From Octopus sinensis (lineage: Eukaryota): 64,000 nucleotides of DNA. Made by a program: the position numbers and the translations under genes. Positions 38,960 to 52,355 of this stretch are shown one piece after another. The DNA is taken from the NCBI RefSeq assembly GCF_006345805.1, contig NC_043014.1, positions 35,650,001 to 35,714,000 of the forward strand, given 5' to 3'. Below the pieces are notes generated by a model that saw only the letters and a list, made by a program, of their open reading frames with translations, made no database searches and was not told the DNA's origin. Each line of letters starts with the position of its first letter. Position 1 is the stretch's first letter.

Positions 38960-39148
38960 TCTCGAAGTATTTTATTCGGTTGACGTGTCTACACAGTGGG
39001 TCCTACAAGACTAATTTGGATGTTTCCAGGCCAGAGTGGCGCACGCAGTGACCAGATAGTCTCAGCCGTCTTTGCTTAATCGCGCTAACTTTTGGCTGGT
39101 CTCCATAAAGGCTTTCATTTGTCATATGTTGCAGCTATTTCACTTCTT
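38960..39148 (-). mobile_element. RTE-like LINE C-terminal fragment
   Basis: Minus-strand translation QHMTNESLYGDQPKVS..QRRLRLSGHCVRH..SKLVL*DP. Confidence 0.7.
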
Positions 39149-39149
39149 A

Positions 39150-39400
39150 GTGGAGGCGCGTGGCTTAGTGGTTAGGGTCTCAGCACCGTGATCGTAAGAT
39201 TGTGGTTACGATTCCTGGACCGCGCGACGCGTTGTGTTCCTGAGCAAAACACTTCATTTCACGTTGCTCCTGTCCACTCAACTGGCAAAAATGAGTAACG
39301 TTGCGATGGACTGGCGTCCCGTCCAGCTGGGGAACACTTACGCCATAGAAACCGGGAAACTGGGCCCATGAGCCTGGCTAGGCTTTAAAAGGGCGCATTT
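39150..39400 (+). mobile_element. SINE family C variant with (TTTA)n tail
   Basis: Head GGCGCGTGGCTTAGTGGTTAGGG..CGATTCC; shares the first ~130 nt with 13349-13660. Confidence 0.85.
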
Positions 39401-39419
39401 ATTTATTATTTTTTATTTC

Positions 39420-39575
39420 ACTTCTTGGTGACGTAACAAAAGGAAAACGTCGTCACACATGGATCACTTGATTGCAGATACTGGCTTCGAATGTATCCAG
39501 AACCACGAAGCTGTGATGACAGACAGAGAAGTGTGGTGGATAGACTTTGTTGCTGTATCTCGGGTTGGAACCTGG
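39420..39575 (+). mobile_element. RTE-like LINE extreme 3' fragment
   Basis: Translation ..GKRRHT(Y)MDHLIADTG..AVMTDREVW, with a frameshift. Confidence 0.55.
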
Positions 39576-39599
39576 CCATAATAATAATAATAATATTCC

Positions 39600-39748
39600 A
39601 CGCAGTTTCTACCAAATTCACTCACAAGGTACTGATTGTTCTAGGGCTATAGAAGAAGGCACTTGCTCAAGGCGCTCTGCTGTGAGATTGATCTCGAAAT
39701 CGCGTGGTTGCAAAACAAGCTTCTTAACAACACAGCCATACCTGCGCC
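39600..39748 (-). mobile_element. SINE family A, 5' fragment, diverged
   Basis: Head homology. Confidence 0.7.
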
Positions 39749-40711
39749 AATATGTTAATGGAAAAATAAATAGATGGAGTGGTCATGACTGGAATTCCTT
39801 TTCTCGTAGATCTGCTGAATTAAAACATAATAACAGTTTCTTCTACAAACTGTTTAAAACAGCAGAGACTTGGCATTCTGATTCTTACGCCAGCACCAAT
39901 GCAATCACCGTCGCCGCCGCCGCCACCACCAGCGCCGCTCCGCCACACACTCACTACCACAACTATCACAGCCATCGCCTCCACTACCACCAAAACCACG
40001 ACCGACGCATCACCACTACCACCGTCAGCACCACCACTACCAGCACCATCACCATTATCTCCATCACCGCCGCCGCCTCCATTAGCGTCGCCGCCACCGC
40101 TACGGCTACCACATGGTGCGCATTGCTAATCCAGCACATGATAAAACACCCGTTAGCCACCCCTATTGTCGAGGTTTTGGGTGTGTCAGTATCAACAACG
40201 AAGTACATCACTAATATCAAACTTCTTCAGGCAGCATCCACAGAGACCTAGGTTATGCTATTTCTTTCTTATTGCAGCAAGATATGTGGGGTACTCACAC
40301 ACTCACACGCGCGCTACCCCATTCCGGCACCACATACGCGCACACACAAAAACACACACACGAATACATATGAGTGTTCATATGTTCTATGTGTGTCTGT
40401 ATGCATGTACTTGTTTATATATATATGTGAGTGTACCTCCTTAGCATACAAGCTTATGTAATGAGTGTGGATCCGCGCGTGCGCAGTGCACACGTGAACA
40501 CACACAAAAACACACATACACAAATAATAATCTAAATGTATGCTACTATCTATCTACATTTATACGATATAGTGTATATTTAAACACGTAAGGAATCCAC
40601 TTATAGGGAATTCAACAAGCTAGAAAGAACAGCTAGGTTCTCTAAACACAAAAATAACGGATAAAATTCGACAGGAATAAATTTGGAAATGAAAAACATT
40701 TACGATCTAGT

Positions 40712-40789
40712 ACCCTGGACCAATTGGTTTCTGATCATCTTTTAGCGAGTCAAGGGGAACTCAGAAGGTCTGATTTTCTTCAGCAAGGT
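40712..40789 (-). ncRNA. Type-I minimal hammerhead ribozyme
   Basis: Stem I ACCUUG/CAGGGU; CUGAAGA 40783-77; stem II AUCA/UGAU with two basal mismatches; GAAA 40731-28; palindrome ACCAAUUGGU; GUC with cleavage between 40718 and 40717. Confidence 0.75.
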
Positions 40790-41139
40790 CCAACCTAGCG
40801 AAGGACTGCGTCTGCGCAGCAAAATTTGAAAAGTTATCTACATTTATACGTACGTTCATACATTTGCGTGCATATGCATATATTAATACATGCATATATA
40901 AACATATATATGTTCATATATGTATGTATGTATCTATATACTAATATATATGCATCATATGCGTGTATATAATTTTGTCTAACTAGATCTATCTACCTCA
41001 ATACAAGCACAAACACTCGCACATCTATATATACAAATATATTATAGATATTTGTATAGATTTTCTATATATACATCTATATACATATGTATATCATATA
41101 TATGTATATATATGTATATATATATATATATATATCGAA

Positions 41140-41174
<35 letters not shown>

Positions 41175-41193
41175 GTGTGTGTGTGTGTGTGTG

Positions 41194-41225
<32 letters not shown>

Positions 41226-41319
41226 CTGTGTGCGTGCGCGCGTTAGGTGTGATGTACAGAAATTGAATATTGAGGGAAAAAATCAGAATTTTTGAAAAGA
41301 TCTTTTTATTTCTTCATTA

Positions 41320-41359
41320 TTATTAGCGCTTTCGCTCGATTCTCGAACTTGTCAAATAA
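41320..41359 (-). ncRNA. Ultra-minimal type-I hammerhead with a U3-A8 core variant
   Basis: UUAU-UUGACAA-GUUCG(AGAAU)CGAGC-GAAA-GCGCUA/AUAA; palindrome AGCGCU; CUA with cleavage between 41324 and 41323. Confidence 0.65.
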
Positions 41360-41440
41360 AATTCTGTGAATGTACAAACACCTTGTTCATTTATATAAAG
41401 CAATGGAGATGGATAGGTAAAAATATAGGTCGATAGATAG

Positions 41441-41499
<59 letters not shown>

Positions 41500-41565
41500 G
41501 CAAACACACATATATATGATATATATGTATACACACATTATATCTATATATATGCAATATGTATG

Positions 41566-41601
<36 letters not shown>

Positions 41602-41790
41602 ATATATTGTATTTATATCATATATTTATATTATACATATATTATACATCATGTATATATTTACATACATATATATATGTATATATACACATATCTATGT
41701 ATGCATATATGTTGTGCATGTATTCTATGTATGTATATATATAGACAGATATTATATATATATATATAATGTATATATATATATATATAT

Positions 41791-41836
<46 letters not shown>

Positions 41837-42174
41837 TAAATATATATACTTATATCCATTCAGATACATATTTAATAAATATAAGGGTAGCAAAAAATAT
41901 TTGCATAAATTACCTGTCAACTTAATTATCAACCTATCTTCATAATTACATATATATACATACTCACGTACATAACTACATACATACGTACAAACACTTA
42001 CACACGCACATATATAACTTCACACATACAAACATCCACACATACATACACATACAAACGCATATACATACGTACACGCACACATACATTCACGCACACC
42101 TAGATATGTACAGACATACATAGATACATACATAGATACATACAAACACATACATACATGCATACATACATACA

Positions 42175-42208
<34 letters not shown>

Positions 42209-42619
42209 CATACATACACATTTACTTACCCACATACCTAGATACATGCATGCATATTAGGGAGATTATGAAGATGAAATCTAAGACGTGTGCTGAAGGA
42301 AAAAAGGTTCTTTTTTTTCACTCTATTAGGGCTAAGTATATATAAAAAAATTCACTGCTGTGTCAGCATGTTTATTCTATTTCATTTCTTTATTTTTGAC
42401 TTATTTTACTTTGGATGTATGGGGGAAGGAATTGTAACGGGTCTACCCAGTACCTTAAACATGAGTCTTAGAAGCCTTTTATTTAAGGGTTGGCTCCCCC
42501 CCCCGCCCCCCACCATCTCTTTCACGCAAGAAATTAATATCGTTTGTATGAAGTCCTTTAAAGGAAAGACTGAAATACCGCTTGTTTTACACAGATAGAA
42601 TGATATATATATATATTAT

Positions 42620-42857
42620 TTTATTTCTTTTATTCTTTTATTTGTCTCAGTCATTTGACTGTGGCCATGCTGGAGCACTGACTTGAACGGTTTTAGTTGA
42701 ACTAATCGACCCTGGGACTTATTTTTTATAAACTAGATACTTATTCTATCCGGCTCTTTTGCCGAACCACAAAGTTATAGGAACGTAAACACACCAACAC
42801 TAGGTGTCAAGCGGTGATGCGCGGGGGGAGGGGAGACACAAAAACGGAGACAGACAC

Positions 42858-42900
<43 letters not shown>

Positions 42901-43050
42901 ACGTCCTTCTTTCGGTTTCCGTCTACCAAATCAACTCACAATGCTTTGGCTGACCCGAGGATTTAGAAGAAGACACTCGCCCAAAGTGCCAAGCTATGGG
43001 GCTGAACCCGGAATCATGTGGTTGACAAACAATCTTCTTACCACACAATA
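42620..43050 (-). mobile_element. SINE family A, diverged
   Basis: Reverse-complement homology. Confidence 0.85.
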
Positions 43051-43078
43051 TATACACACATACACACAAACACACACA

Positions 43079-43149
<71 letters not shown>

Positions 43150-43173
43150 ATATTATATATATATTATATATAC

Positions 43174-43204
<31 letters not shown>

Positions 43205-43348
43205 AAATACATATACTAATGTATATGCTTTGTCTATTTTCCGGTGGCTGCAGCGGCGTAGCGGAGTATAAAACTCTCATGTCGCCGGTGTTAAAACACC
43301 TTAGAGCCACTGACAGGCGAGATAACTCACACTCAATCCCATTTGGGA

Positions 43349-43395
43349 GTGATAGACATCGATGTTTTGCCATTTATGTGGTTTATCAACACCAC
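43349..43395 (-). ncRNA. Hammerhead relic (U3-A8, G12A) inside a 337-bp unit bounded by a 19-bp direct repeat
   Basis: GUGGUG-UUGAUAA-ACCA(CAUAAA)UGGC-AAAA-CAUCGAU-GUC/UAUCAC; palindrome ACAUCGAUGU; direct repeat gttaaatacatatactaat at 43202-20 and 43539-57. Confidence 0.55.
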
Positions 43396-43557
43396 CTACC
43401 TGCCTGGGTTGAAGAGTCAGCTAGCCAGTCCAACAACTTATATGCTCATGGCTTGTAAAATCGTGAGCTGGTATGCCGGAAATTGCATACCTAAGAGAAA
43501 GTTTACATATGAAAAGCAGCTCTAGTATAATAAATATCGTTAAATACATATACTAAT

Positions 43558-44573
43558 TGTGTATTTTCCATGGTTTCCATCCTGGAAGAAGCTGCCTAAG
43601 TCAGCTCATACAACATTATTACCGGGTGTTGAAACAGTCCCTCAACCACTCAAATGTGGATGTGATATATCTCGACTTTGCAAAGGCTTTCGACAAAGTT
43701 GATCATGGAATGATATGTCACAGACTGCGTGATCTCGGCATAGTCGGCAAATTGAGAGAATGGCTGCATGACTTTCTGAAAAATAGGAGTTAAGCATTAG
43801 TAGCCAGTTGTGCTACGTGTAATGACACGCAAATAGTGACCGGTGTTCTGCAAGGCACTGTTTTAGGACCACTACTGTTTATAATGGTCTTCTCATGTAT
43901 GCCCTTCGCCACACAGAGATCCACGATCAGAAGTTATGCAGATGATACAAAAGGTCTCACAGATGATACAGAACCATGAAGGTGCTATGCACCTGAAACG
44001 TGAGTTAGATGAAACATACAAGTGGGCTAAGAAGATTAACATGCAGTTTAATGCTAAAAAAATTTGAAGCCCTATGTTATCAGCATGCAAAACTAAAATT
44101 TATTACCAATTAAATACGGTGGGCCTGGAGGGACAGCAATCACAGAGACACAGTCAATGTGAGACCTGGGCATTTACATACGTAATGATGCAGCCTTCCA
44201 TGTGCATGTTGCTAAGTTGGCAATGAAATGCGGACGGCTGACCGGATGGATTCTTAGAACTTTTAAATCTAGAGGTCATGAAACCATGATGGTCCTCTGA
44301 AGGACATTTGTCTTAAGCCGCTTTCACTATTACTTCCGGCTATGGTCACCAAACTAGTGTAAAATTAATTGCAGAACTTGAGGCAATCCAACGAAGCTAC
44401 ACAAAGAAGATAGCCTCTATGCAGCATGTAAGCTACTGGGAAAGACTCAGGAGATTGAGACTCAATTCCCTGGAGCGTAGGCGGGAAAAATATGCCGTAA
44501 TATACATGTGGAAGATCATGTAGGGATTCCAGCCAAACTTTGGCATTGAGAATTGCACTAACATTAGAACATA
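43558..44573 (+). mobile_element. CR1/Jockey-group LINE RT relic
   Basis: HGFHPGRSCLSQL, YLDFAKAFDKVDH, GVLQGTVLGPLLF, SYADDTK, DLGI, ERRREKY; stops and frameshifts. Confidence 0.92.
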
Positions 44574-44574
44574 G

Positions 44575-44830
44575 GTGTGTGTGTGTATTTATGTGTGTGT
44601 GTGTGTGTGTGTGTGTATTTATGTGTGTGTGTTTGTCCCCCACCATCACTTGACAACCGATGTTGGTGTGTTTGTGTCCTCGTAACTTAGCGGTTCGGCC
44701 TAAGAGACCGATAGAATATGTACTAGGCTTACAAAGAATAAGTCCTGGGGTTGATTTGTTCGACTAAAGGTGGTGCTCTAGCATGGCTGCAGTCAAATGA
44801 CTGAAAGAAGTGAAAGAATAAAAGAAGATA
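44575..44830 (+). mobile_element. SINE family A, 3' half
   Basis: Body and tail homology. Confidence 0.85.
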
Positions 44831-44969
44831 TCTTAAATATAAATATATATATACATACATAAATATATATAAATATATATACGTACATAAAACTATATCA
44901 GGTTTGGTAAAGAAAAGGTGATCACGTACCTTGTCGCTGTTGTGATTACAGACAGAGAGAGAAACAAAG

Positions 44970-45044
<75 letters not shown>

Positions 45045-45204
45045 TATACATACATATATATATATATACATGCATACGTACATACATGCACACACACCAC
45101 AAAACAGAACACACACACACCACACCCACATATATATATATATATATATATAGAGAGAGGAGAGAGAGAGAGAGACAGACAGACAGAGACAGAGACAGAG
45201 AGAG

Positions 45205-45242
<38 letters not shown>

Positions 45243-45529
45243 GATTAAGCACATGTATTAAATGTTAATTTAAGGGTTAATATGTAACTGTAAATACCTT
45301 GCAAAGTTGCAAAAACTACGATAATTGTTCACTGGTAATTGAACGGTAAATGTGTAAAATAAGATGATCTTAGTGTTATCACATTAGAATTAAAAGAGAA
45401 AGGATAAAAGTGAAATAATATTATAGTCAGAATTAACTGTGAAAGAATAAAAGTGAAACAATATTATATCACAATACAATATAGATGTTATTGTTCCACT
45501 TTTGACACGTAATACAGAACCAATCTAAG

Positions 45530-45840
45530 TGATTGCTCCGGGTCCGCATTAGGCATGAGGTTGAAACTTTTTTGTGGCCCGTGACACTCCATGGACCATA
45601 CATAATGCATGTGTGAAATTTGAATGAAATCGGTTAGATAGTTCTCGAGTTTTATGGCTTTCACACATTACATACATACATATATACATACATACATACA
45701 TAAACACACATACATAAATACATACACACACATACATACATACATACATACATACATACATACATACATACATACATACATACATACATACATACATACA
45801 TACACACACACACATTCTTAGTTTTATAGATACTAACTGG
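45530..45840 (+). mobile_element. Possible non-autonomous Helitron-like element with internal (ACAT)n
   Basis: The motif GTGAAATTTGAATGAAATCGG..TTCTCGAGTTTT, then (ACAT)n, then TTTTATAGATAC resembles microsatellite-bearing non-autonomous Helitrons; termini not verified. Confidence 0.3.
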
Positions 45841-46347
45841 AACCGTGAAAACTTTATGGAAAGCATAAATAAGTGTAAGCATCTGTAAATTGTGAGCTGG
45901 TGCCATGAGAAATGTTTCTATATTGTGACAGTTACAGTAATATCCAATATTGGCTAAGGACCCAGTATATAGAATACGGTAATTAATTATATTGTAAGAA
46001 AGTAAAAGTAACATCCAATATTTGCTGTGGTTATGTATCTGTCTACTCTGAAAAAACTAATAAACATTTAAAAGCACAAAGCAAACGTCATCTTCCTTTC
46101 AGTTACCACTCACTCTCTGCCTCACTCACTCTCTATCTCTCCAATCTCTTTCGCTTGCTTTGCTGCTTATTTCAAGTATACCACTTCTGCTTAACACCTT
46201 TTATTTTTATTTCTATTTCTACCTCTCCCTTCAAGTGTAGAAAAGTGACAGTAACATCCACAGATATTTGCTGAGAGAGAGAGGCAGACAGAGGGAGAGA
46301 GTGTGTGTCAGAGAGGCAGACAGACAGAATAACTGTCAGACAGACGT

Positions 46348-46432
<85 letters not shown>

Positions 46433-46966
46433 CATACAGGCCGATGTTAGGACTAGATTAACACCCATAACAACTAAAAAGATTTTCCTGACCCTGTATC
46501 TTCCTCCAGTTCACTCAGCTGGCCAAAATGAGTTGTAGCTGTGATTCAAAGGGGTCAGCCTTGTCACATTCTGTGTGAAGCTGAATCTCCCTAAGAACTA
46601 ACTTATGCATGTTTGTGGAGTACCCAACCGCTTGCGCATTAATTTTATCCTGGTGTGGTAGTGAAAAGTGAAGGTAACTTCCAGTATCTGCTATAGCTAT
46701 TTGTCTTTGATTTACCAATGTGTCTATGTATCTACTTTTCTTTCGATGCATGTATCAGTCTACTCTGAAAGTACTGATAGACATTTTTCCTCTCTTCCTT
46801 TCAGTCATCACCCTCTCTCTCTCTCTCTCTCTCTCTCTTACTCTTTCGCTTTCTCTCTCTCCCTTTGTACTTCTGTATATACTTCTCCTTTTGAAGTGTG
46901 ACACACACCACAGGTACGTACAAAAACAAACAAGACTAAGTGTATTACTATTATTAATAGATATTT

Positions 46967-47037
<71 letters not shown>

Positions 47038-47113
47038 TGATTGATAGCCAGACAACCAGCCAACTAGACAGACGGAGAGACAGACAGACAGACAGACGGA
47101 GAGACAGACAGAC

Positions 47114-47173
<60 letters not shown>

Positions 47174-48595
47174 GGACAGATAGGCAGATCAGACGGACAG
47201 ATGGACATTCAGACAGATGAGAGAGAGAGAGAGATAAGCAGATAAGCAAATTTATGAGGGAGAAAGAGAGAGAGAAAAAAAGAGAGAGGGGGAGACAGAC
47301 AGACAGAAAGACTCAAATTACTGATAAAAATTACTAGTGAACATAAAAAAAACAAAAGCACATTTGTAAAATTGATATTACTACCATATAAGAAATATTT
47401 CTCAGATAACCCAAGAGCCTAACACATTGAAACGGTATATAGTTGATTGGCGCTTTGGTTATCTGGTTATGTTAGCGCAGAAGGTTGGCAAACGTTGTTG
47501 TTATTGTGGTAGTTGTTGTTGTTGTGGTTGTTGTTGTTGTTGTTGTTGTGGTAGTTGTTGTTGTTGTTGTTGTTGTTTAGTCTGACTGAATAGGCCTATG
47601 ATCAAAAGCATTCCAGTACTGGCCATGACATCTATTTAAGGCTATGTAAGAATACATAATGTAACATGTCCTTCTCATTTCTAATACGGAAGGCTAAGAT
47701 TTCGCTGCCATTTCAAGGTTCCTTCTATTTAAGGCTGGTTTTGGTGTCTGAGTTATTTTTTGCGAGGGAAGAATGAAATGCCGATGAAGTGAAGCAAAGA
47801 AATACATAGATCCCGAGGGACAGGTATTAGACGTGCTGTGACAAGACAGAAATATATACCACGGTTGTGGTTTAAATAAACGATGAAAACACGCGGGATT
47901 CTTCACACATACATATATGCTCCAGCTTGAACTGGCTATGATGGTTAAAACTAACTAAAGAGCTAAAGAACATACAAAGACGTAAATGCACATTCATATT
48001 CGTATTCAGACATACATACACACACACACATATACATGTGTGTGTACAGGTATAGATTTATATATACGGTTGCATATATATATATATATACACTCACACA
48101 CACATATAGGTGCACACACACAGAGACTCTCACAAACACACACACAAACACATGCAAACTTTAGGTTAGTTACAGTATTTTGTGATATATATCAACTTCT
48201 AAAGCTAAATTCACTGCATTTACTGTAGAGGAAAAATTCTCTCTTATGTTAAAAATGAGTAAAAATATCATATCTGCCCAGAGCTGTCCCCAGCTTGTCT
48301 AGCGCTTTAGCCGTGATCAATAGAAAATACCAAAGCGAGATAACTCTGGACTGTAGCATTAACTAAAATAATCAGCAACATCGTTTCAGTTGTACCATTG
48401 GAGTTCCCGGTCAAGAAAAACCAACAGTATCAGCGCCAAGCAGTATTTAGGCATGAGTGAACTCTACGTTAGTTAAAATGTTTACGACATATTTCCTTTT
48501 TCTTTCTTTACTATAAATGCAGTGAATATACATGGAGAAGTTAAAATGTGTCACAAACATTTTTTATCTAATCTAAAGATCGCATATGCCTAATC

Positions 48596-48735
48596 AGACA
48601 TGGCTGTGTGGTACGAACTTTGCTTCTCGCCCGTAGAGTTGTGGATTCAACCCCGCTGCGTGGCACCTTGCGTGTCTTCTACCATAGCTTCCAATCAAAG
48701 CCATGTTACTGGATTTAGTAGACGGAAACTCATAT
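48596..48735 (+). mobile_element. SINE family A, 5' fragment, diverged
   Basis: Head homology TGGCTGTGTGGTA..GTGGCACCTTG. Confidence 0.7.
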
Positions 48736-48876
48736 ACATGAGTGGGGGGGATGTATGCGTGTTTGTGTGTAGTAGTAGTAGTAGTAGTAGTAGTGGCGGT
48801 GGTGTGGTGGTGGTGGTGGTGGTGGTGGTGGTGGTGGTGGTAGTAGTAGCGGCGGCGGTGGTGGTGCTGGTGGTAA

Positions 48877-48948
<72 letters not shown>

Positions 48949-49368
48949 ATAAAAGATAAATAGAACTTATTGACATAAGTTACGAAGTGATTCTAGTGTC
49001 GAATTGTTTGTACGTAGTAATTGTCAAGTGCTATACACAAAACTCTCAACTATTGGGTCACTTTCTCTAACTTCTGCTAATTAGGAATAATGATAGTAAT
49101 CCCTTCTGTTATGAGCACAAGGCCTGAAATTTGGAGGCAGTAGACTGGTCGATAACATGGACTGCTACGTATTTTAGCCGTCGATGAAAGGATGAAAGGC
49201 AAAGACGTTTTCAGCTGAGTTTGTATTCGAAACGTAGAGAGAGACGAAATGCCGTTAAATAAAAATGATCATACTATAATTCTGATAGTCGCTTCGTTAA
49301 TCAGTTTACAAATGTGTTAACGCTCTGTTAGAGAGTTATGATTTTAAAAAATGTACTATTATTATCAA

Positions 49369-49581
49369 AGCGGTGAGTTGGTGGAATCGTTAGCACGCTC
49401 TGGCAAGATGGTCAATGGTGTTTCGCTCGTACTTACGTCCTCAGTTCAAATTCCGCTTAGATCAACTTGGCAATTTTATCCTTTCGGAGTCGATAAAATA
49501 AATACCAGTTGTGCAGTGAGGTCGACGTAATAGAATTATCCCTTCGCCCGAAATTGCTGGCCTTGTGCCAAAATTTGAAAT
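49369..49581 (+). mobile_element. SINE family B variant (tail GCTGGCCTTGTGCCAAAATTTGAAA)
   Basis: Homologous to 59635-59850 and to the head of 29334-29569. Confidence 0.8.
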
Positions 49582-49761
49582 AACACTCATAATATATACA
49601 TAAAAAATGAGGAAGAGTATGTGAGCTGGTAAGATGCAACTTATTAGTTTCATATCTATAATATGCATATTCATATTGAGATTTTTACCAGATATTTTAA
49701 TCGGTGTCTAACATACTTCTAAATATGTTAAGTACCTATACATTACACACATACATGCGCA

Positions 49762-49792
<31 letters not shown>

Positions 49793-50044
49793 ATATGTAT
49801 GTATATGCACGTTGTGCCTGCGTGTGAGACTGAAAGAGAGAGGGAGAAGATTAGTTTTCACACAGTTCCACACCAGTGACTCCATCTAGAGTAAAATCAA
49901 GACCAGGATAATTCTGGGTAAATATTTCAAATATACTCTTTGTTTCAGAGTCTCATTTCTCAGTTATCTTCCCCAAAAGTACATGTAATTAGCGATAATA
50001 TATACGTATACAAGCACGTATATGTATATACATACATATGTATG

Positions 50045-50138
<94 letters not shown>

Positions 50139-50549
50139 CATACATATATATATACATGACACATGTGACCCCGACGACTATCAAATTCACTAATATTTTA
50201 TATCTATTTTGTGCGTATAAGACAGATACGTATATATTTATACACACATGTCTATATCTGTTTTATGTATTTGTACGTATCTTGTTGTGCGCGCGTGTGC
50301 GTGCGTCTGTGTGTGTGTGTGCGTGTGCATGTGTGTACGTATGTGTGTGAAAAAACAGACGTTAACATATTGCATCATAGACCTGAGTTAATTAAATCTG
50401 TATCAGAATACATACATTTAGTAATACCTTAAAATTAATTTGACGTGAAAAAAATCCCATGAGGAAGGGAGAGGATTGGATTAGCGTTGATGAGAGGTTG
50501 AAGAGAGATTTTGAAGAAATAGATGCAGGTAGGGATAGAGACAAAGAAG

Positions 50550-50745
50550 GATGAGGGGGAGGAGGAGGAGGAGGAGGAGAGGAGGAGGAGAAGGAGAAGA
50601 GGAAGAAGAAGAAGAAGTAGAAGTAGAAGAAGAAGAAGAAGAAGAAGAAAAGAAGAAGAAGAAAAGGAAGAAGATAATGAAGAAGAAGAAGAAGAAGAAG
50701 AAGAAGAAGAAGAAGAAGAAGAAGAAGAAGAAGAAGAAGAAGAGA
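50550..50745. repeat. (GAG)n/(AAG)n microsatellite
   Basis: Direct reading. Confidence 0.97.
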
Positions 50746-51667
50746 TCAAACCTCAAGAAATTCGGTATTAGTTTCCTATGAGAATACTTATTTGTCGTTG
50801 TTGTATTGTTTGTGTTGTATCTGTCCCAATTCTGCGATTGAATGGGACCAACTGCAAAAAAAACTGGTGCCAGGGTTTTTGGAACCATTTGGTCTTTCCC
50901 AAGTACATCAGTGACTCACATGTACGCAGAACTGCTGGTCGTAAAAAAAAAAAGAATCCTTAATCAGGTAACTGCTTTCCGGTGGAACTTTACTTGTGCA
51001 GAAACCAATTGTCAGGCATAGTTGAAAGAAACCATGTATGTCATTATTCAGTTCTGTTTCAAGACCTCTTGCCAATAGAGAAAGAGGTAGTTTCTAACCT
51101 AGATCTACGGTTCCTTCAATTGAATTTCAAAATCAACAACTCAATTTTAAGAGTAACGTCAATTTTATTGTAATCAATAGATATTAAATATTATAATTAT
51201 AAAAAAAAATGAAGAATTATGTTCATGCGATAATTTATCTACTTACGCACGTTTCAAATGTCTCTGTGACCCATATCCGTTATACATAGTGGTTTGCATG
51301 ATTCATTAATTAGCAGGTTAATCAACCAATTTCCTTCTCAGACCAAAACGTAACTATAGAGTAATAAATTATGAGGAGCAATTTGATATGTCTGGCTACA
51401 TGTCAGCTAAAATCTTAAACCAGATTTGTTTCTGATTATCTTCCAAATTAAATTCAAATAGAAATTTTTAGAGCTTTACATGAAGAGGAGCTTTGGAGAC
51501 AACTGTTTGCAAATTGGTTCGTTAAACAACAGCAGCACCTACGGCAGCAACAGGCGCAACGACAGCAGCAACAAGTGCAGCGACAACGGTAGCAGCAACA
51601 GCAGTAACAATAGCCCTAACAACAGCAGCACCCACAACAGCAACAGACGCAACGACATCACGCTGCC

Positions 51668-52290
51668 ACAGAAGTACATGGAGTGCACTGGGAACTGTCT
51701 CAAACAGCGTATTTCTAATCACCTGTCCTCCTTCAGAATCCCGAAAGGAGATACGTGACATCGCTGGCCAGCCATATCTGGCAATTACGAGACGAGGAGA
51801 TTCTATACTCGATCGCTTGGAAAATACTCGAGAACCTACATAAACGGACGAAACCGTGCAATTTATGGATTGCCGAGCGCACGAGGATCCTTAAAGACTC
51901 GCTCTTACCAGGGGGGCACCCTGAACTCCATGACGGAGATTTTCGGATCATGCATGCATTTTAGAAAATTCCCACTGGCCTTTTGGAATCCGTATGGCGG
52001 CACCACAGCTAGAAACCAATATCCAAGGCCGAAGGGTAACAGTCGTTTACCTCCCTGGTCCTATGATGACCACAAGATGGTAGCGCGGCCGAAAATCGAT
52101 GGACAACGGCAAAAGGAGATAATCACCAAGGGTTTTACTCTTAAAAACGAGGATTTCCCCCATCATATTTTGAAGAGGTCTTATGGGTGAAAAACCCAGG
52201 TTAACACCAGAAACCGGCCTATCCCACTATAATATTAACTGCTCTACATCTTAGAGTGTGCTTCTCCGGATTTATGTATTTCTACAAACG
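51668..52290 (+). mobile_element. Penelope-like element relic: GIY-YIG endonuclease C-terminus + pLTR with a decayed hammerhead (about 52165-52225), ending at (TA)n
   Basis: KYMECTGNCLKQRISNHLSSFR / TSLASHIWQL..YSIAWKIL..KPCNLWIAER..IL / LNSMTEIFGSCMHFRKF fit the PLE GIY-YIG pattern; UUGAAGA-GGUCUUA..UAACACC-A-GAAACCGG downstream. Confidence 0.8.

Positions 52291-52349
<59 letters not shown>

Positions 52350-52355
<6 letters not shown>

Noticed and set aside
39547-40251. 234-aa plus-strand ORF
   Set aside because: Runs through a SINE fragment and a (CAC/CGC)n low-complexity tract.
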